Of a DNA stretch of 41,323 nt, positions 8,586 to 17,745 are shown piece after piece. Location of the stretch: NCBI GenBank assembly GCA_040752415.1, contig JBFMGU010000075.1:1-41323 (forward strand). The letters are read 5' to 3'. This DNA is from Myxococcota bacterium. GTDB lineage: Bacteria; Myxococcota; JACRCW01. The notes beneath the pieces are model-generated. The model worked only from the letters and a program-made list of their open reading frames with translations, searched no databases and was not told the DNA's origin. Every line of letters begins with the position of its first letter. Position 1 is the first letter of the stretch. A program made the translations under genes and the position numbers.

Positions 8586-11500
8586 TCAACGTGAAGCGGC
8601 CACGCTGGCGCCCAGGCGCGCGCCCTTCTGCGGAGTGGCCACCTCCAGCAGCGTGGTGAGCAGCCGACGACACAGCGCCGTGACGTCCTCACCCGCGGCC
8701 ATCAGCTCCTCGGGCGTGGGCGTGTAGACCAGCTTCATCTGCGGCGTCAGTCGACGACGTGACGCGTCCTTCCCGATCCACTCCATGAGCCGCGTGGGAT
8801 CCAACGCCGCGCCCTCCCCCAACGTGATGACCAGGCGCATGCCCTCGTTCAGCGTGCGGGTGGCGGCGGCCGCGGGGCCTTCCACCGGTCGACGCGCGGG
8901 CGTGGTTGCCTGCTTGGGCTGGTCCGCCGCCATGGCGACGTCGAGGCCGCGCGCGCGCATCTGCTTGAGCTTCTGCTTGAGGACCATGACCTCGGCCAGC
9001 GCGGCCACCTCGGGTGGAGTCTCGCCAAAGCGATCCGCGGCCGCGCCGATCTCGTCGTAGATCGCGGCGCCGTCGCGGGCGGAAGCGAGGCGTTGGTAGA
9101 GGCCCAGGCGCTCGTGCACGTCGGGGATGTAGTTGTCTGGGATCAGCGCGCGCACGGGGAGGTTGACCTCGGGGTCGGGCGCCTCGTCGGTGAGGGGCAA
9201 TCCGGCGCGTCCCTTCAGCTCGGACACCGCCTGCGCCAGCAGCTCCGCGTACATCTCGTAACCCACCGCCGCCACGTGACCGTGTTGCGCCTTGCCCAGC
9301 AGCTCGCCGGCGCCACGCAGCTCCAGGTCATGCTGCGCCACCTGGAAGCCCGCGCCCAGCTCGGTGAACTTCTGCAGCACCTCCAGGCGCTTCTTGGCTT
9401 CCGGCGTGATCGTGGTGGCGGGCGGGATGAGCAGCAGCGCGTAGCCACGCTCCGACGAGCGACCCACGCGACCACGCAACTGGTAGAGCTGCGCCAGGCC
9501 AAAGCGGTCGGCGCGGTTGATGATCATCGTGTTCGCCGACGGGATGTCGATGCCGCTCTCGATGATGGTCGTGCAGAGGAGGAGGTTGGTCTCCTTCTTG
9601 ATGAACTGGAGCATGACCTCCTCCAGCTCACCCGCCTCCATCTGCCCGTGCCCGACGCCAATCCGCGCCTGCGGCACCAGCCGTTGCAGGAAGTCGCGCA
9701 TGGCGTGGATGGACTGCACGCGGTTGTGGACGAAATAGACCTGACCACCGCGCTGCAGCTCACGTGTGATGGCGCCCTTGATCTCCTCCTCGTCAAACTT
9801 GGCCAGCGTGGTGCGCACGGCGCGACGATCCGCGGGCGGCGTCTGGATGAGGCTGAGGTCGCGCACGCCAAAGAAGCTCATCTGCAGGGTGCGCGGGATG
9901 GGCGTGGCGGAGAGCGTCAGCACGTGGCTGTTGTTGCGGAGCTGCTTGAGGCGCTCCTTGTGCTGCACACCAAAGCGGTGCTCCTCGTCGACGACGATGA
10001 GACCCAGGTCCTTGAACGCCACGTCGGGATTGAGCAGGCGGTGCGTGCCAATGAGGATGTCCACCTGCCCTTCCTTCACGCGCTTGAGCACCTGCTTGAC
10101 GTCCTTGCTCTGACGGAAGCTGCTCACCACCTCCACGCGCAGCGGGAAGTTCTTCATGCGCTCGGTGAACGTGTAGAAGTGTTGCTGCGCCAGCACCGTC
10201 GTCGGGGCCAGCACGGCAACCTGCTTTCCGTTGAGCGCCACCAGCATGGCCGCGCGCAGGGCCACTTCCGTCTTGCCGTAGCCCACGTCGCCACAGACCA
10301 GGCGGTCCATGGGCTTTCCGCGGTGCAGGTCCTTGAGGCAGTCCTCGATGGCCTTGAGCTGGTCGGGAGTCTCCTCGAAGGGGAACTCCGCTTCGAACTC
10401 GCGGTACACGGCGTCGGGTTCCGGGAAGGCCACCGCCTCGGCCAGCTCGCGCTTGGCGTAGAGGTTGAGCAGCTCCCCCGCCATGGCCAGGATGGCCTTC
10501 TTGACGCGCTGCTTGGTGTTCTCCCACCCGACGCCACCGAGCTTGTCCAGCCGCGGATGCGCGCCCCCGTCAGCGCCAGCGTAGCGCTGGATGAGGTTGA
10601 TGCGCGTGACGGGGAGGTAGAGCTTGTCCTGGCCTGCGTACTCGAGGAGCAGGTAGTCCGCTTCCACGCCGCGCAGCGCCAGCCGCGTCAGGCCCTTGTA
10701 CTGCCCCACGCCGTGGTCGACGTGGACGACGAAGTCACCGGACTCCAGGTCGGACAGGCTGGTCTTGAAGGCCTGGCGGTGCTTGGGACTCTTGTGCGCG
10801 CGTCGACCGAAGATCTCCTCCTCGGCAAGGAACGCCACGTTGAGCCGGGTCAGCTGCGCGCCTTGCGCGGGAGCCCCTGGACGGCCCTGCACCAGGTACG
10901 CGTGCACCGACGGGTCAAACCACTTCTGCAGCTCGACCTCGTTGAAGAAGTCGGGCATCAGCTTGGAGACGCGGACGCCCAGTCCATGGCCGTCCAGCAG
11001 CTCCTTGAGGCGCTCCACGCCACCCAACGTGTCGGCGACGATGAACGTGGAGGTCCGCTGCAGGCGGAGATCCTTCAGCTTGTCGACGAGCGGCTGCAGC
11101 AGGTCCGCGGGATTGGCCGCGGGTGCCTCGTCCTTCTCCGGCGCGGGGCCACGCAGCCCGGCCACGATGGCGTTGCGCAGGTCACGCGTGGGCTTGGCAC
11201 CGAGGTCGATGAGCGCTTTGCCCGCTTCTTCCAGGCTCAACCGCTCCAGGTCCACGCGCGGGAAGAGCGCATAGGATCCTTCCACCGTCTCGACGTCCTC
11301 GGCGTGGTCCGCCGGCTCATACGCGGGGCGTCCCTTGGCGCGGGCGCGCTCATACTGCTGGGCCAACGCGTCGTGCGCGGACTGGAGCGCGTGCGTGCAC
11401 GCAATGGGATCCTCGACGAGGAGCACCGGCACACCCGCGCCCGCGTTCTCCGCGAAGAAGCGCAGCAGTGAGGGCCGTCCCGACGGGTAGAACGCGGGGA

Positions 11501-12335
11501 GCAGGCCCTCCATGCCAAAGAACGGCATGCGCGCGTCGATGTCGTCGAGCATGCGCGAGAGTGTGCGGGTGGGGATCTCCTGGTGATCGGCCAGGTCGCG
11601 GAGGCTCTGCTTGGCGCGGGCCACCGTGTCGTCGTCAAAGATGACCTCACGCGCGGGACCGAAGGACCATTCCTGCAACCGCTCCTTCTGCAGGGTGCGC
11701 TGCGTCTCGGGATCGAAGTAGCGCAGGCTCTCGACGGTATCCCCGAAGAGATCGACGCGGACGGGATGCGCTTCACCCGGCGCGAAGATGTCGACGATGC
11801 CGCCGCGCACCGCGTAGGTGCCCACGTCCTCCACCTGCGGAACGTTGGTGTATCCGCTGGCCTGCAGGCTGCGCAGCAACGTCTCCCGCTCCACCGACTC
11901 CCCGACGACGAGAAGCTGCGCGTAGCGCTGGAGCTGCTTGACCGGGATGGTGCGCCGGGCCGCGGCGGAAGCACTGACGACGGTGAACGCGGGCGCGTCG
12001 CCGGAGGCCCAGGCAAACAGCGCGGCGGTGCGTTCCATGATGGTGAACGCGTCGGGGCTCTGCTCCGCGTAGGGGCCGCGGTCGTCGGCGGGGAAGCGGA
12101 GGATGCGCGCGTCCTTCAGCGCGTCGGAGCCGCTGGTGTTGCAGAGGAAGCGCAGGTCGCGCACCAGGTCTTCCGCGCCGTCCTCCTCGGGGGTGAGCAG
12201 GATGACGGGACGCCTGGGATGCGCGCGACGGACCGCGGCGGCGAGATACGCCACACCCAGGCCGTGCACGCCGCTGACACGCAGCGCAGGGGAACCAGGA
12301 GCGGGGAGCTTGTCGAGAGCAGAGAACAGGGACAC
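8586..12335 (-). CDS. mfd: Transcription-repair coupling factor
   Basis: VRGGIVDIF, CarD-like [45 protein letters not shown] and TRCF C-terminal domain. Confidence 0.97.
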   Translation of the reverse strand: MSLFSALDKLPAPGSPALRVSGVHGLGVAYLAAAVRRAHPRRPVILLTPEEDGAEDLVRDLRFLCNTSGSDALKDARILRFPADDRGPYAEQSPDAFTIMERTAALFAWASGDAPAFTVVSASAAARRTIPVKQLQRYAQLLVVGESVERETLLRSLQASGYTNVPQVEDVGTYAVRGGIVDIFAPGEAHPVRVDLFGDTVESLRYFDPETQRTLQKERLQEWSFGPAREVIFDDDTVARAKQSLRDLADHQEIPTRTLSRMLDDIDARMPFFGMEGLLPAFYPSGRPSLLRFFAENAGAGVPVLLVEDPIACTHALQSAHDALAQQYERARAKGRPAYEPADHAEDVETVEGSYALFPRVDLERLSLEEAGKALIDLGAKPTRDLRNAIVAGLRGPAPEKDEAPAANPADLLQPLVDKLKDLRLQRTSTFIVADTLGGVERLKELLDGHGLGVRVSKLMPDFFNEVELQKWFDPSVHAYLVQGRPGAPAQGAQLTRLNVAFLAEEEIFGRRAHKSPKHRQAFKTSLSDLESGDFVVHVDHGVGQYKGLTRLALRGVEADYLLLEYAGQDKLYLPVTRINLIQRYAGADGGAHPRLDKLGGVGWENTKQRVKKAILAMAGELLNLYAKRELAEAVAFPEPDAVYREFEAEFPFEETPDQLKAIEDCLKDLHRGKPMDRLVCGDVGYGKTEVALRAAMLVALNGKQVAVLAPTTVLAQQHFYTFTERMKNFPLRVEVVSSFRQSKDVKQVLKRVKEGQVDILIGTHRLLNPDVAFKDLGLIVVDEEHRFGVQHKERLKQLRNNSHVLTLSATPIPRTLQMSFFGVRDLSLIQTPPADRRAVRTTLAKFDEEEIKGAITRELQRGGQVYFVHNRVQSIHAMRDFLQRLVPQARIGVGHGQMEAGELEEVMLQFIKKETNLLLCTTIIESGIDIPSANTMIINRADRFGLAQLYQLRGRVGRSSERGYALLLIPPATTITPEAKKRLEVLQKFTELGAGFQVAQHDLELRGAGELLGKAQHGHVAAVGYEMYAELLAQAVSELKGRAGLPLTDEAPDPEVNLPVRALIPDNYIPDVHERLGLYQRLASARDGAAIYDEIGAAADRFGETPPEVAALAEVMVLKQKLKQMRARGLDVAMAADQPKQATTPARRPVEGPAAAATRTLNEGMRLVITLGEGAALDPTRLMEWIGKDASRRRLTPQMKLVYTPTPEELMAAGEDVTALCRRLLTTLLEVATPQKGARLGASVAASR

Positions 12336-12386
12336 GACGAGAACTTCAGCTTCAACGGTGGAAAGACGAGAAGCCCACCAGGATGC

Positions 12387-13025
12387 TCAATGCGGAGCGT
12401 CCTGGAGGGCCATGGCGAAATACTGGTGCCAGATGGCCCCCGCCAGCCCGGTCTCCTTGCCATTGCGGGTGGCCTTCCCAATGACCACGCCCTCGCAGAC
12501 GCGGCGCATCTCATCCCGCAGGTTGTGGAAGACCAGGAAGCTCAGGCCCCGGCTGTTGGGCGTGATGGCGGGCCAACCCGGCGGCGCCAGCGACGGAAGA
12601 CGCGAGTAGTCGATGAGCAGCTCACCCTGACGTTCCGGGTGCGGCCCCAGCGCGAAGTAACCCGGACCGGTGGCCCACTCCATGCCCTGCACGTTGCAGC
12701 CCCAGACCTGGCCCTCGCGGTCGCGGAAGAAGCGCTTCTCCATCACCGCAAACGCGGGCATGGAGTTGCGTCCCTGCCAGGACACGGCCTGGAACGGGGG
12801 AAGGGAAGCGGGGGCCATGTCGTCGACGGTGAGCGGTGCGGCCGCGGTGGCGAGCTGCCAGAGGTCACGCACCTGGTTGGCGGTCAGTGCGCGAATCTCA
12901 TGCACCCGCGCATGACGAGGGAGCGCTTCCAGGTGCGCCGCCACCGCCGCCAGCGTGGGCCTGCCGCGCATCAGCTCCCGGAGGGAGGCGACGTTTCCAG
13001 ACGAGGATTCAACCTGGGTGGACAT
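12387..13025 (-). CDS. Hypothetical protein (~212 aa)
   Basis: GGAGG RBS before ATG 13025. Globular-looking sequence (WATGPGYF, LLIDY), co-oriented just upstream of mfd. Confidence 0.7.
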   Translation of the reverse strand: MSTQVESSSGNVASLRELMRGRPTLAAVAAHLEALPRHARVHEIRALTANQVRDLWQLATAAAPLTVDDMAPASLPPFQAVSWQGRNSMPAFAVMEKRFFRDREGQVWGCNVQGMEWATGPGYFALGPHPERQGELLIDYSRLPSLAPPGWPAITPNSRGLSFLVFHNLRDEMRRVCEGVVIGKATRNGKETGLAGAIWHQYFAMALQDAPH

Positions 13026-13156
13026 GGTGCCTCCTGGCTTGGGCCGGGACCGGAGCGGGTACATAGCGGGCGGCGCGTCGGTGTCCAACCCGTCCTGGGG
13101 CCTGGGCGTGGAATGCCCCTTCCGTCGGGCGTGTGAGGGCGTGTAATGCCCATCCC

Positions 13157-13936
13157 ATGGGCCACGTGCAGATCATCCGCGACTTCCCGTCTCCGCCGGA
13201 GGGAAGCGCCCGCACCATCCGCATCTACACCCCGGACGCGTACGAGCAGGACCCCAACCGCCAATTCCCCGTGCTCTACATGCACGACGGACAGAACGTG
13301 TTTGCCCACCCAGAGAGCGCGCGTTTCGAGACGTGGTGCGCCAACACCGCGCTGGAGCAGCTGGTGCGGGAGCAGCGCATTGTGCCGTGGATCATCGTGG
13401 GCGTGGATCACCGGGAGCAGCGTCTCAACGACTACTCGCCGTGGAACGAGAACCGCGGGCACCACGCGCATCCCGGCTGGGGTGAGAGCTACGCGCGTTT
13501 TCTCGTCGAGAACCTGCGGCCGTTCGTGGAGCAGAACTACCGCGTGCGCACCGGGCCACAGTGGACCGGGACCATGGGCTCGTCGCTGGGCGGGCTCATC
13601 TCGTTGTACCTGGGCATGAGCCGGCCCGACGTGTTTGGCCGCATTGGCGCGCTGTCTCCGACGGTGATGTGGGCGCAGAGCGAGATCTTCCGTCGGTGGG
13701 AGCGGCACACGCAGCGTTGGACGCGCATCTACCTGGACGCGGGCGCCGACGAATACATCGAGGTGGACGGCGTGCCGCTGGACTACGGCCGTGGCACGCG
13801 CGCGTTCTACGAGCACCTCAGGCACCTCGGCTACGCCGACTGGGAAGTGAAGCTGGTCCTGGAGCCGGGCGGGCAGCACCACGAGAAGGATTGGCAGCGT
13901 CGTCTGCCGGGGGCGATGAGCTGGTTGCTGTCTTGA
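13157..13936 (+). CDS. Alpha/beta-hydrolase esterase (Fes/IroE-like putative esterase family)
   Basis: YTPDAY..FPVLYMHDGQN, nucleophile elbow GSSLGG, YLDAG, catalytic His region GGQHHEKDW. Confidence 0.88.
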   Translation: MGHVQIIRDFPSPPEGSARTIRIYTPDAYEQDPNRQFPVLYMHDGQNVFAHPESARFETWCANTALEQLVREQRIVPWIIVGVDHREQRLNDYSPWNENRGHHAHPGWGESYARFLVENLRPFVEQNYRVRTGPQWTGTMGSSLGGLISLYLGMSRPDVFGRIGALSPTVMWAQSEIFRRWERHTQRWTRIYLDAGADEYIEVDGVPLDYGRGTRAFYEHLRHLGYADWEVKLVLEPGGQHHEKDWQRRLPGAMSWLLS

Positions 13937-13938
13937 GT

Positions 13939-14183
13939 CATCGGTTTCACGAACCTCGTGAGCGGGCCGCAACCTGGAGTGCGGCGGGCCCTCGCCGCCC
14001 TGGCCAGCGCCGAGCGCGTCCTCAACGGCGCTCGCGGAACGCGGGACGTCTCGACGACGGGGAATGCGCCGCGGCTTCTCATGTTGGGTCGTTGGCGGTT
14101 GCGGAACCCGCTCGCTGACCAGGGCGGCGAGGGCCCGCCGCACTCCCGGTCGTGGCCCGCTCACGACATCTGCGAAACCGATG
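13939..14183. repeat. ~245-bp element with ~70-bp imperfect terminal inverted repeats (MITE/REP-like)
   Basis: 13939-14009 matches the reverse complement of ~14113-14183, including an exact 28-bp block GGAGTGCGGCGGGCCCTCGCCGCCCTGG. GT flanks both ends. Confidence 0.8.
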
Positions 14184-14206
14184 GTCCGCTTTCCTGCTTC
14201 AGCACC

Positions 14207-15367
14207 TCAACCCAGCGTCTCGACGAGACGGATGGCCTCCTGCAGCTTCTCCTGGTCCTGGTGGCGCAGCAGGTACATCTGGTCCCCCATGGCCTGCGAG
14301 AAGATCGGCGGGAGCACGTGGTGCACCACCATGGTCTCCCCCAGTCGTCGCACCAGCTCCTCGTGCGGATGCCGGTAGTTCCTCGTGTAACGACGTGACA
14401 CGTGCGCCGAGTGGTACTTGCGCTCGAACCTGAAGTCCTCAACCTGCTTGCCCGTCACCACGCGCGCCCACAGTCGGTACAGGTCCACGTCGCACGCGTA
14501 GTTCATCATGTCGACGGTGAATCCGCCGGGAGGACGGATGTTGATCTCCAGCGCCGTGAAGCTGCCGTCGGGATGCTCGAAGAACTCCGCGTGGAAGAAG
14601 CGCTCCCTGATGCCGAACGCCTGCACCATCTTGCGCCCCAGCGCCTCCAGCTGCGCGGGGATTTGACGTCGTGACCAGTAGTGGACGTCCAGGCCGTGCG
14701 TCACCGTCTCCATCACGCCCTGGCTGTAGACGTGCGAGGTCCAGAAGACGATGCGGCCCGCGGCGTCGGTGAGCCCGTCAAAGCTGGTGATGTTCCCCTG
14801 CACGAACGGCTCGACGATGTAGCCCTCCAGCGGCCGCAGCAGGACCTCCTCCAGCTCCTTCTCCGACGACACCTTCCACGTCCGCGCCGCACCCACGCCG
14901 GTGTCCGGCTTGAACACCAGGGGCAGACCGTGCTCGCGCGCAAAGCGACGCACCTGTTCCGCGCCCGTCACCAACTCACCGGGGGCGCACGGAATCTCCG
15001 CGGCGCGGAAGATGGTCTTCATCCCCATCTTGCTGCGGTTGCGCGTGGTTTCCTCCCGTCGTGGACCGGGCACGTTGAAGTCCTCACGCAGCGCGCCCTC
15101 AAGGTCCAGCCAGTGCTCGTTGAGGGAATCCAGCCGGTGGATCTTGCCGTGGCGCCACACCAGGTAGCCCATGGCGCGCAGCGCGCTGTCGTAATGCGCC
15201 AGGTGCGGGACGTACGCGTAGTCAGCCAGCACGTCGGAGAGCGGCGGGCGCAGGTCCGGGGACACCGTGTCACCCATGCCCAGCACGTTGGCGCCTTCGT
15301 TCTTCAGCGCCACACAGAACAACGCCCACTGCGGCGGAAAATGCGGAGAGATGAAGACAACGTTCAC
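14207..15367 (-). CDS. ATP-grasp (carboxylate-amine ligase-like) protein
   Basis: FISPHFP start, SLNEHWL, KMGMK, FKPDTGVGA, FFHAEFF, LEINIRPPGG. Confidence 0.85.
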   Translation of the reverse strand: MNVVFISPHFPPQWALFCVALKNEGANVLGMGDTVSPDLRPPLSDVLADYAYVPHLAHYDSALRAMGYLVWRHGKIHRLDSLNEHWLDLEGALREDFNVPGPRREETTRNRSKMGMKTIFRAAEIPCAPGELVTGAEQVRRFAREHGLPLVFKPDTGVGAARTWKVSSEKELEEVLLRPLEGYIVEPFVQGNITSFDGLTDAAGRIVFWTSHVYSQGVMETVTHGLDVHYWSRRQIPAQLEALGRKMVQAFGIRERFFHAEFFEHPDGSFTALEINIRPPGGFTVDMMNYACDVDLYRLWARVVTGKQVEDFRFERKYHSAHVSRRYTRNYRHPHEELVRRLGETMVVHHVLPPIFSQAMGDQMYLLRHQDQEKLQEAIRLVETLG

Positions 15368-15421
15368 GACGCGCTTGCTAGCACACCGTTCCCGCCCCAC
15401 GTACCCACCATCCTTTGGCCC

Positions 15422-15450
15422 TTGACGGCACTAACATCGTTAGTTAACGT
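15422..15450 (+). promoter_or_regulatory. Sigma70-type promoter of the tetR gene with an operator in the spacer
   Basis: TTGACG (15422-27), 17 bp, TAACGT (15445-50). Palindrome ACTAAC-ATC-GTTAGT at 15430-15444. Confidence 0.75.
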
Positions 15451-15456
15451 GCCGGC

Positions 15457-16035
15457 ATGGCTCGGACCCGCAGGCAGGCACTCACCCGTCCGGACGTCGT
15501 GGAAGCGGCGCTCAAGTGCATTGCGCGGGATGGCGTGGAGGGCCTGGGTGTGCACCGGGTGGCCGCGGAGCTCGGGATCAAGGCGCCCTCTCTCTACAAC
15601 CACGTGAGCTCGCAGGAGGAGCTGCGCGTGGCGGTATGCGTTGCGGGTTGGAGCCGGTTTGCCGACCGCGCGCATGCCGCACTGCGATCACACGGCGTTG
15701 GTCCCGGGGCGATCATGGCGATTGCCAAGGCGTTCCGTGCGTTCGTGAAGGAGAACCCTGCCCTCTACCAGGTGATGTCCACCGTCCACGTGGAGCAGTC
15801 CACGACGGAATTCGCCCAGGTTGCGGACCGCATCTTCTACGTGTTCTCCCAGGCGTTGGCGCCGCTCAACCTCTCGCAGGATGACTTCATCCACGCCATC
15901 CGTGCGCTGCGCGCGGCCGTGCACGGCTTCTCGCAGCTGGAGGTCAGCGGCCAGTTCGGCATGCCCTATGACATCGAGAAGAGCTTTGAGTGGATGATCA
16001 ACGCATTCACCCATTCGCTGGAAACCCGGTCGTGA
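15457..16035 (+). CDS. TetR/AcrR family regulator (WHG-like C-terminal domain)
   Basis: HTH region VEAALKCIARDG..VAAELGIKAPSLYNH. C-terminal RAAVHGFSQLE. Confidence 0.92.
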   Translation: MARTRRQALTRPDVVEAALKCIARDGVEGLGVHRVAAELGIKAPSLYNHVSSQEELRVAVCVAGWSRFADRAHAALRSHGVGPGAIMAIAKAFRAFVKENPALYQVMSTVHVEQSTTEFAQVADRIFYVFSQALAPLNLSQDDFIHAIRALRAAVHGFSQLEVSGQFGMPYDIEKSFEWMINAFTHSLETRS

Positions 16036-16058
16036 GTCCCTTTTTTCTTGACCACAAA

Positions 16059-16073
16059 ACTAACACTGTTAGT
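16059..16073. promoter_or_regulatory. Second copy of putative TetR operator
   Basis: ACTAAC-ACT-GTTAGT, with arms identical to 15430-15444, directly before the AGGAGA RBS of the hydrolase. Confidence 0.75.
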
Positions 16074-16086
16074 CAGGAGACAGGCC

Positions 16087-16953
16087 ATGCACCCGACGTT
16101 GATGATGATGACCGCCATGCTGGGCGCCACCCCTGACCTTCCGACGCTGTACCTGGACCGCCCCGGAGGTCGGGTTGCCTATGACGACACCGGCAATGAC
16201 GGCCCCGCGGTCTTGTGCGTCCCGGGCATGGGTGACGTGCGCGCGCAGTTCCGTCACCTGCGACCGAAGCTGGTGGCGGCGGGATTCCGTGTGGTGACGA
16301 TGGACCTCCGCGGCATGGGCGGGTCGACGGTGGGCTGGGACGACTACTCCGCCGCCGCCGTGGGCACCGACGTCATGGCGCTGGTGGAGAAGCTGGGGCT
16401 GCGTGAGGTCTCCCTGGTGGGCAACTCGTACGGCGCGGCGGCGGTGGTCTACGCGGCGGCGGAGATGCCGGACCAGGTGCGTTCCGTCGTCTTCATTGGC
16501 GGGCCGTTTGTGGCGGTGGATCCCATGCCGCTGTGGCAGCGGTTGATGATCAACGCCATGTTGCAGCCGCCGTGGGGTCCGTTCGCGTGGGGCCAGTACT
16601 ACCGCACGCTGTATCCCTCCTCCGCGCCGCGTGATCATGACGCGCATGTTGCCCGCGTCGTCAGCAACCTCAGGGAGCCCGGTCGCATGGGTGCGCTGCG
16701 GGCAATGATGGATGCGCCCGCGACGGAGTGGCAGGCGCGCGTGCCGCGGGTGAAGGCGCGTGTCCACGTGGTGATGGGCACGCGGGACCCGGACTTCAAG
16801 GACCCCACCGCGCACGCGCGCAAGGTGGCGCAGCTGATGCCGGGTGAGGTGCAGCTGGTGCCGGGTGCGGGACACTATCCGCACGCCGAGGTTGTCGACG
16901 TCACCGCGCCGGGAATCATTGCGTTCCTGCGCGGAGAATCCGGTCGCTCGTGA
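16087..16953 (+). CDS. Alpha/beta-fold hydrolase
   Basis: VPGMGD, DLRGMGGS, GNSYGA nucleophile, GTRDPDF, GAGHYPH. RBS AGGAGA. Confidence 0.9.
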   Translation: MHPTLMMMTAMLGATPDLPTLYLDRPGGRVAYDDTGNDGPAVLCVPGMGDVRAQFRHLRPKLVAAGFRVVTMDLRGMGGSTVGWDDYSAAAVGTDVMALVEKLGLREVSLVGNSYGAAAVVYAAAEMPDQVRSVVFIGGPFVAVDPMPLWQRLMINAMLQPPWGPFAWGQYYRTLYPSSAPRDHDAHVARVVSNLREPGRMGALRAMMDAPATEWQARVPRVKARVHVVMGTRDPDFKDPTAHARKVAQLMPGEVQLVPGAGHYPHAEVVDVTAPGIIAFLRGESGRS

Positions 16954-17166
16954 CGCTTCCGCCCGGCGCGGGATGGCATCGCTCCGTCGGCAGCTGGCAT
17001 GGGTCCGCCCTCTGACCCGCGGGTCGTCCCACGGGGAGCAACCTTCCACGCGTGATTCGCGCGTGCGCTCTGAAGCGTGACGTCACCAGCGTTACATCCT
17101 CCCTGCTCCCCTTCCGGAAACCCAACCCCAGCCCGGTGTGACGACGTCACGCCCCGGGGGACCCCC

Positions 17167-17652
17167 ATGCCTTGTCGTCGGTGGTGCGTTGTTGCGCTGT
17201 GCGCGGGGTTGATGGCCTGTGAGGACCTCATCCCCAAGGAGCTGCAGCCCGGCCAGGCGCGCATGCCGGGAGCACAGCTCGTGGCCGCGGTGGGTGACCG
17301 GTGTGATGTGACGTCGGTGCAGTACGAGGTCATCTCCATGACGTGCGCCGCCGGCTCCGTGGGGGATGACAGCCTGCAGACCGGCTCGCGCGGCGTGATC
17401 GAGCTGCGTGACGACGAGACGGTCAGCCAGTTCCTCCCGCTCCCACAGGGTTGTTACCGCGTGCGCATGCAGCCCCTGAACCGCGACGGCGTGGCCTCCG
17501 ACGACTGCGCCCCGACGAGCAAGCGCGTCACCATCGGCTGGCGACCCGCCACGGTGGGCCTGGCGTGTCCGTGCTCGGTGGGACGCGGGGAAACCCTGAC
17601 CCAGAGGCATCCCACCGTGCCCGGCCCGTCGGGAGTGGCCTTGGCGCCGTGA
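17167..17652 (+). CDS. Hypothetical lipoprotein
   Basis: MPCRRWCVVALCAGLMAC lipobox-like N-terminus, then a beta-rich domain with several Cys. Confidence 0.55.
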   Translation: MPCRRWCVVALCAGLMACEDLIPKELQPGQARMPGAQLVAAVGDRCDVTSVQYEVISMTCAAGSVGDDSLQTGSRGVIELRDDETVSQFLPLPQGCYRVRMQPLNRDGVASDDCAPTSKRVTIGWRPATVGLACPCSVGRGETLTQRHPTVPGPSGVALAP

Positions 17653-17745
17653 GTTTTCCTACACCTGCGCATCCGTCAGTTGGTCTAGGTCCGCCCGTCC
17701 GCGTGCTGCCGATAGAGGATGGCTTCACCGTCCCAGGGAGCGCAC

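Noticed and set aside
17077..17152. GTGACGTCAC palindrome and TGTGA-N5-TCACG as a possible CRP-type site
   Set aside because: Spacing differs from TGTGA-N6-TCACA, and similar words occur inside coding regions, so chance is likely.
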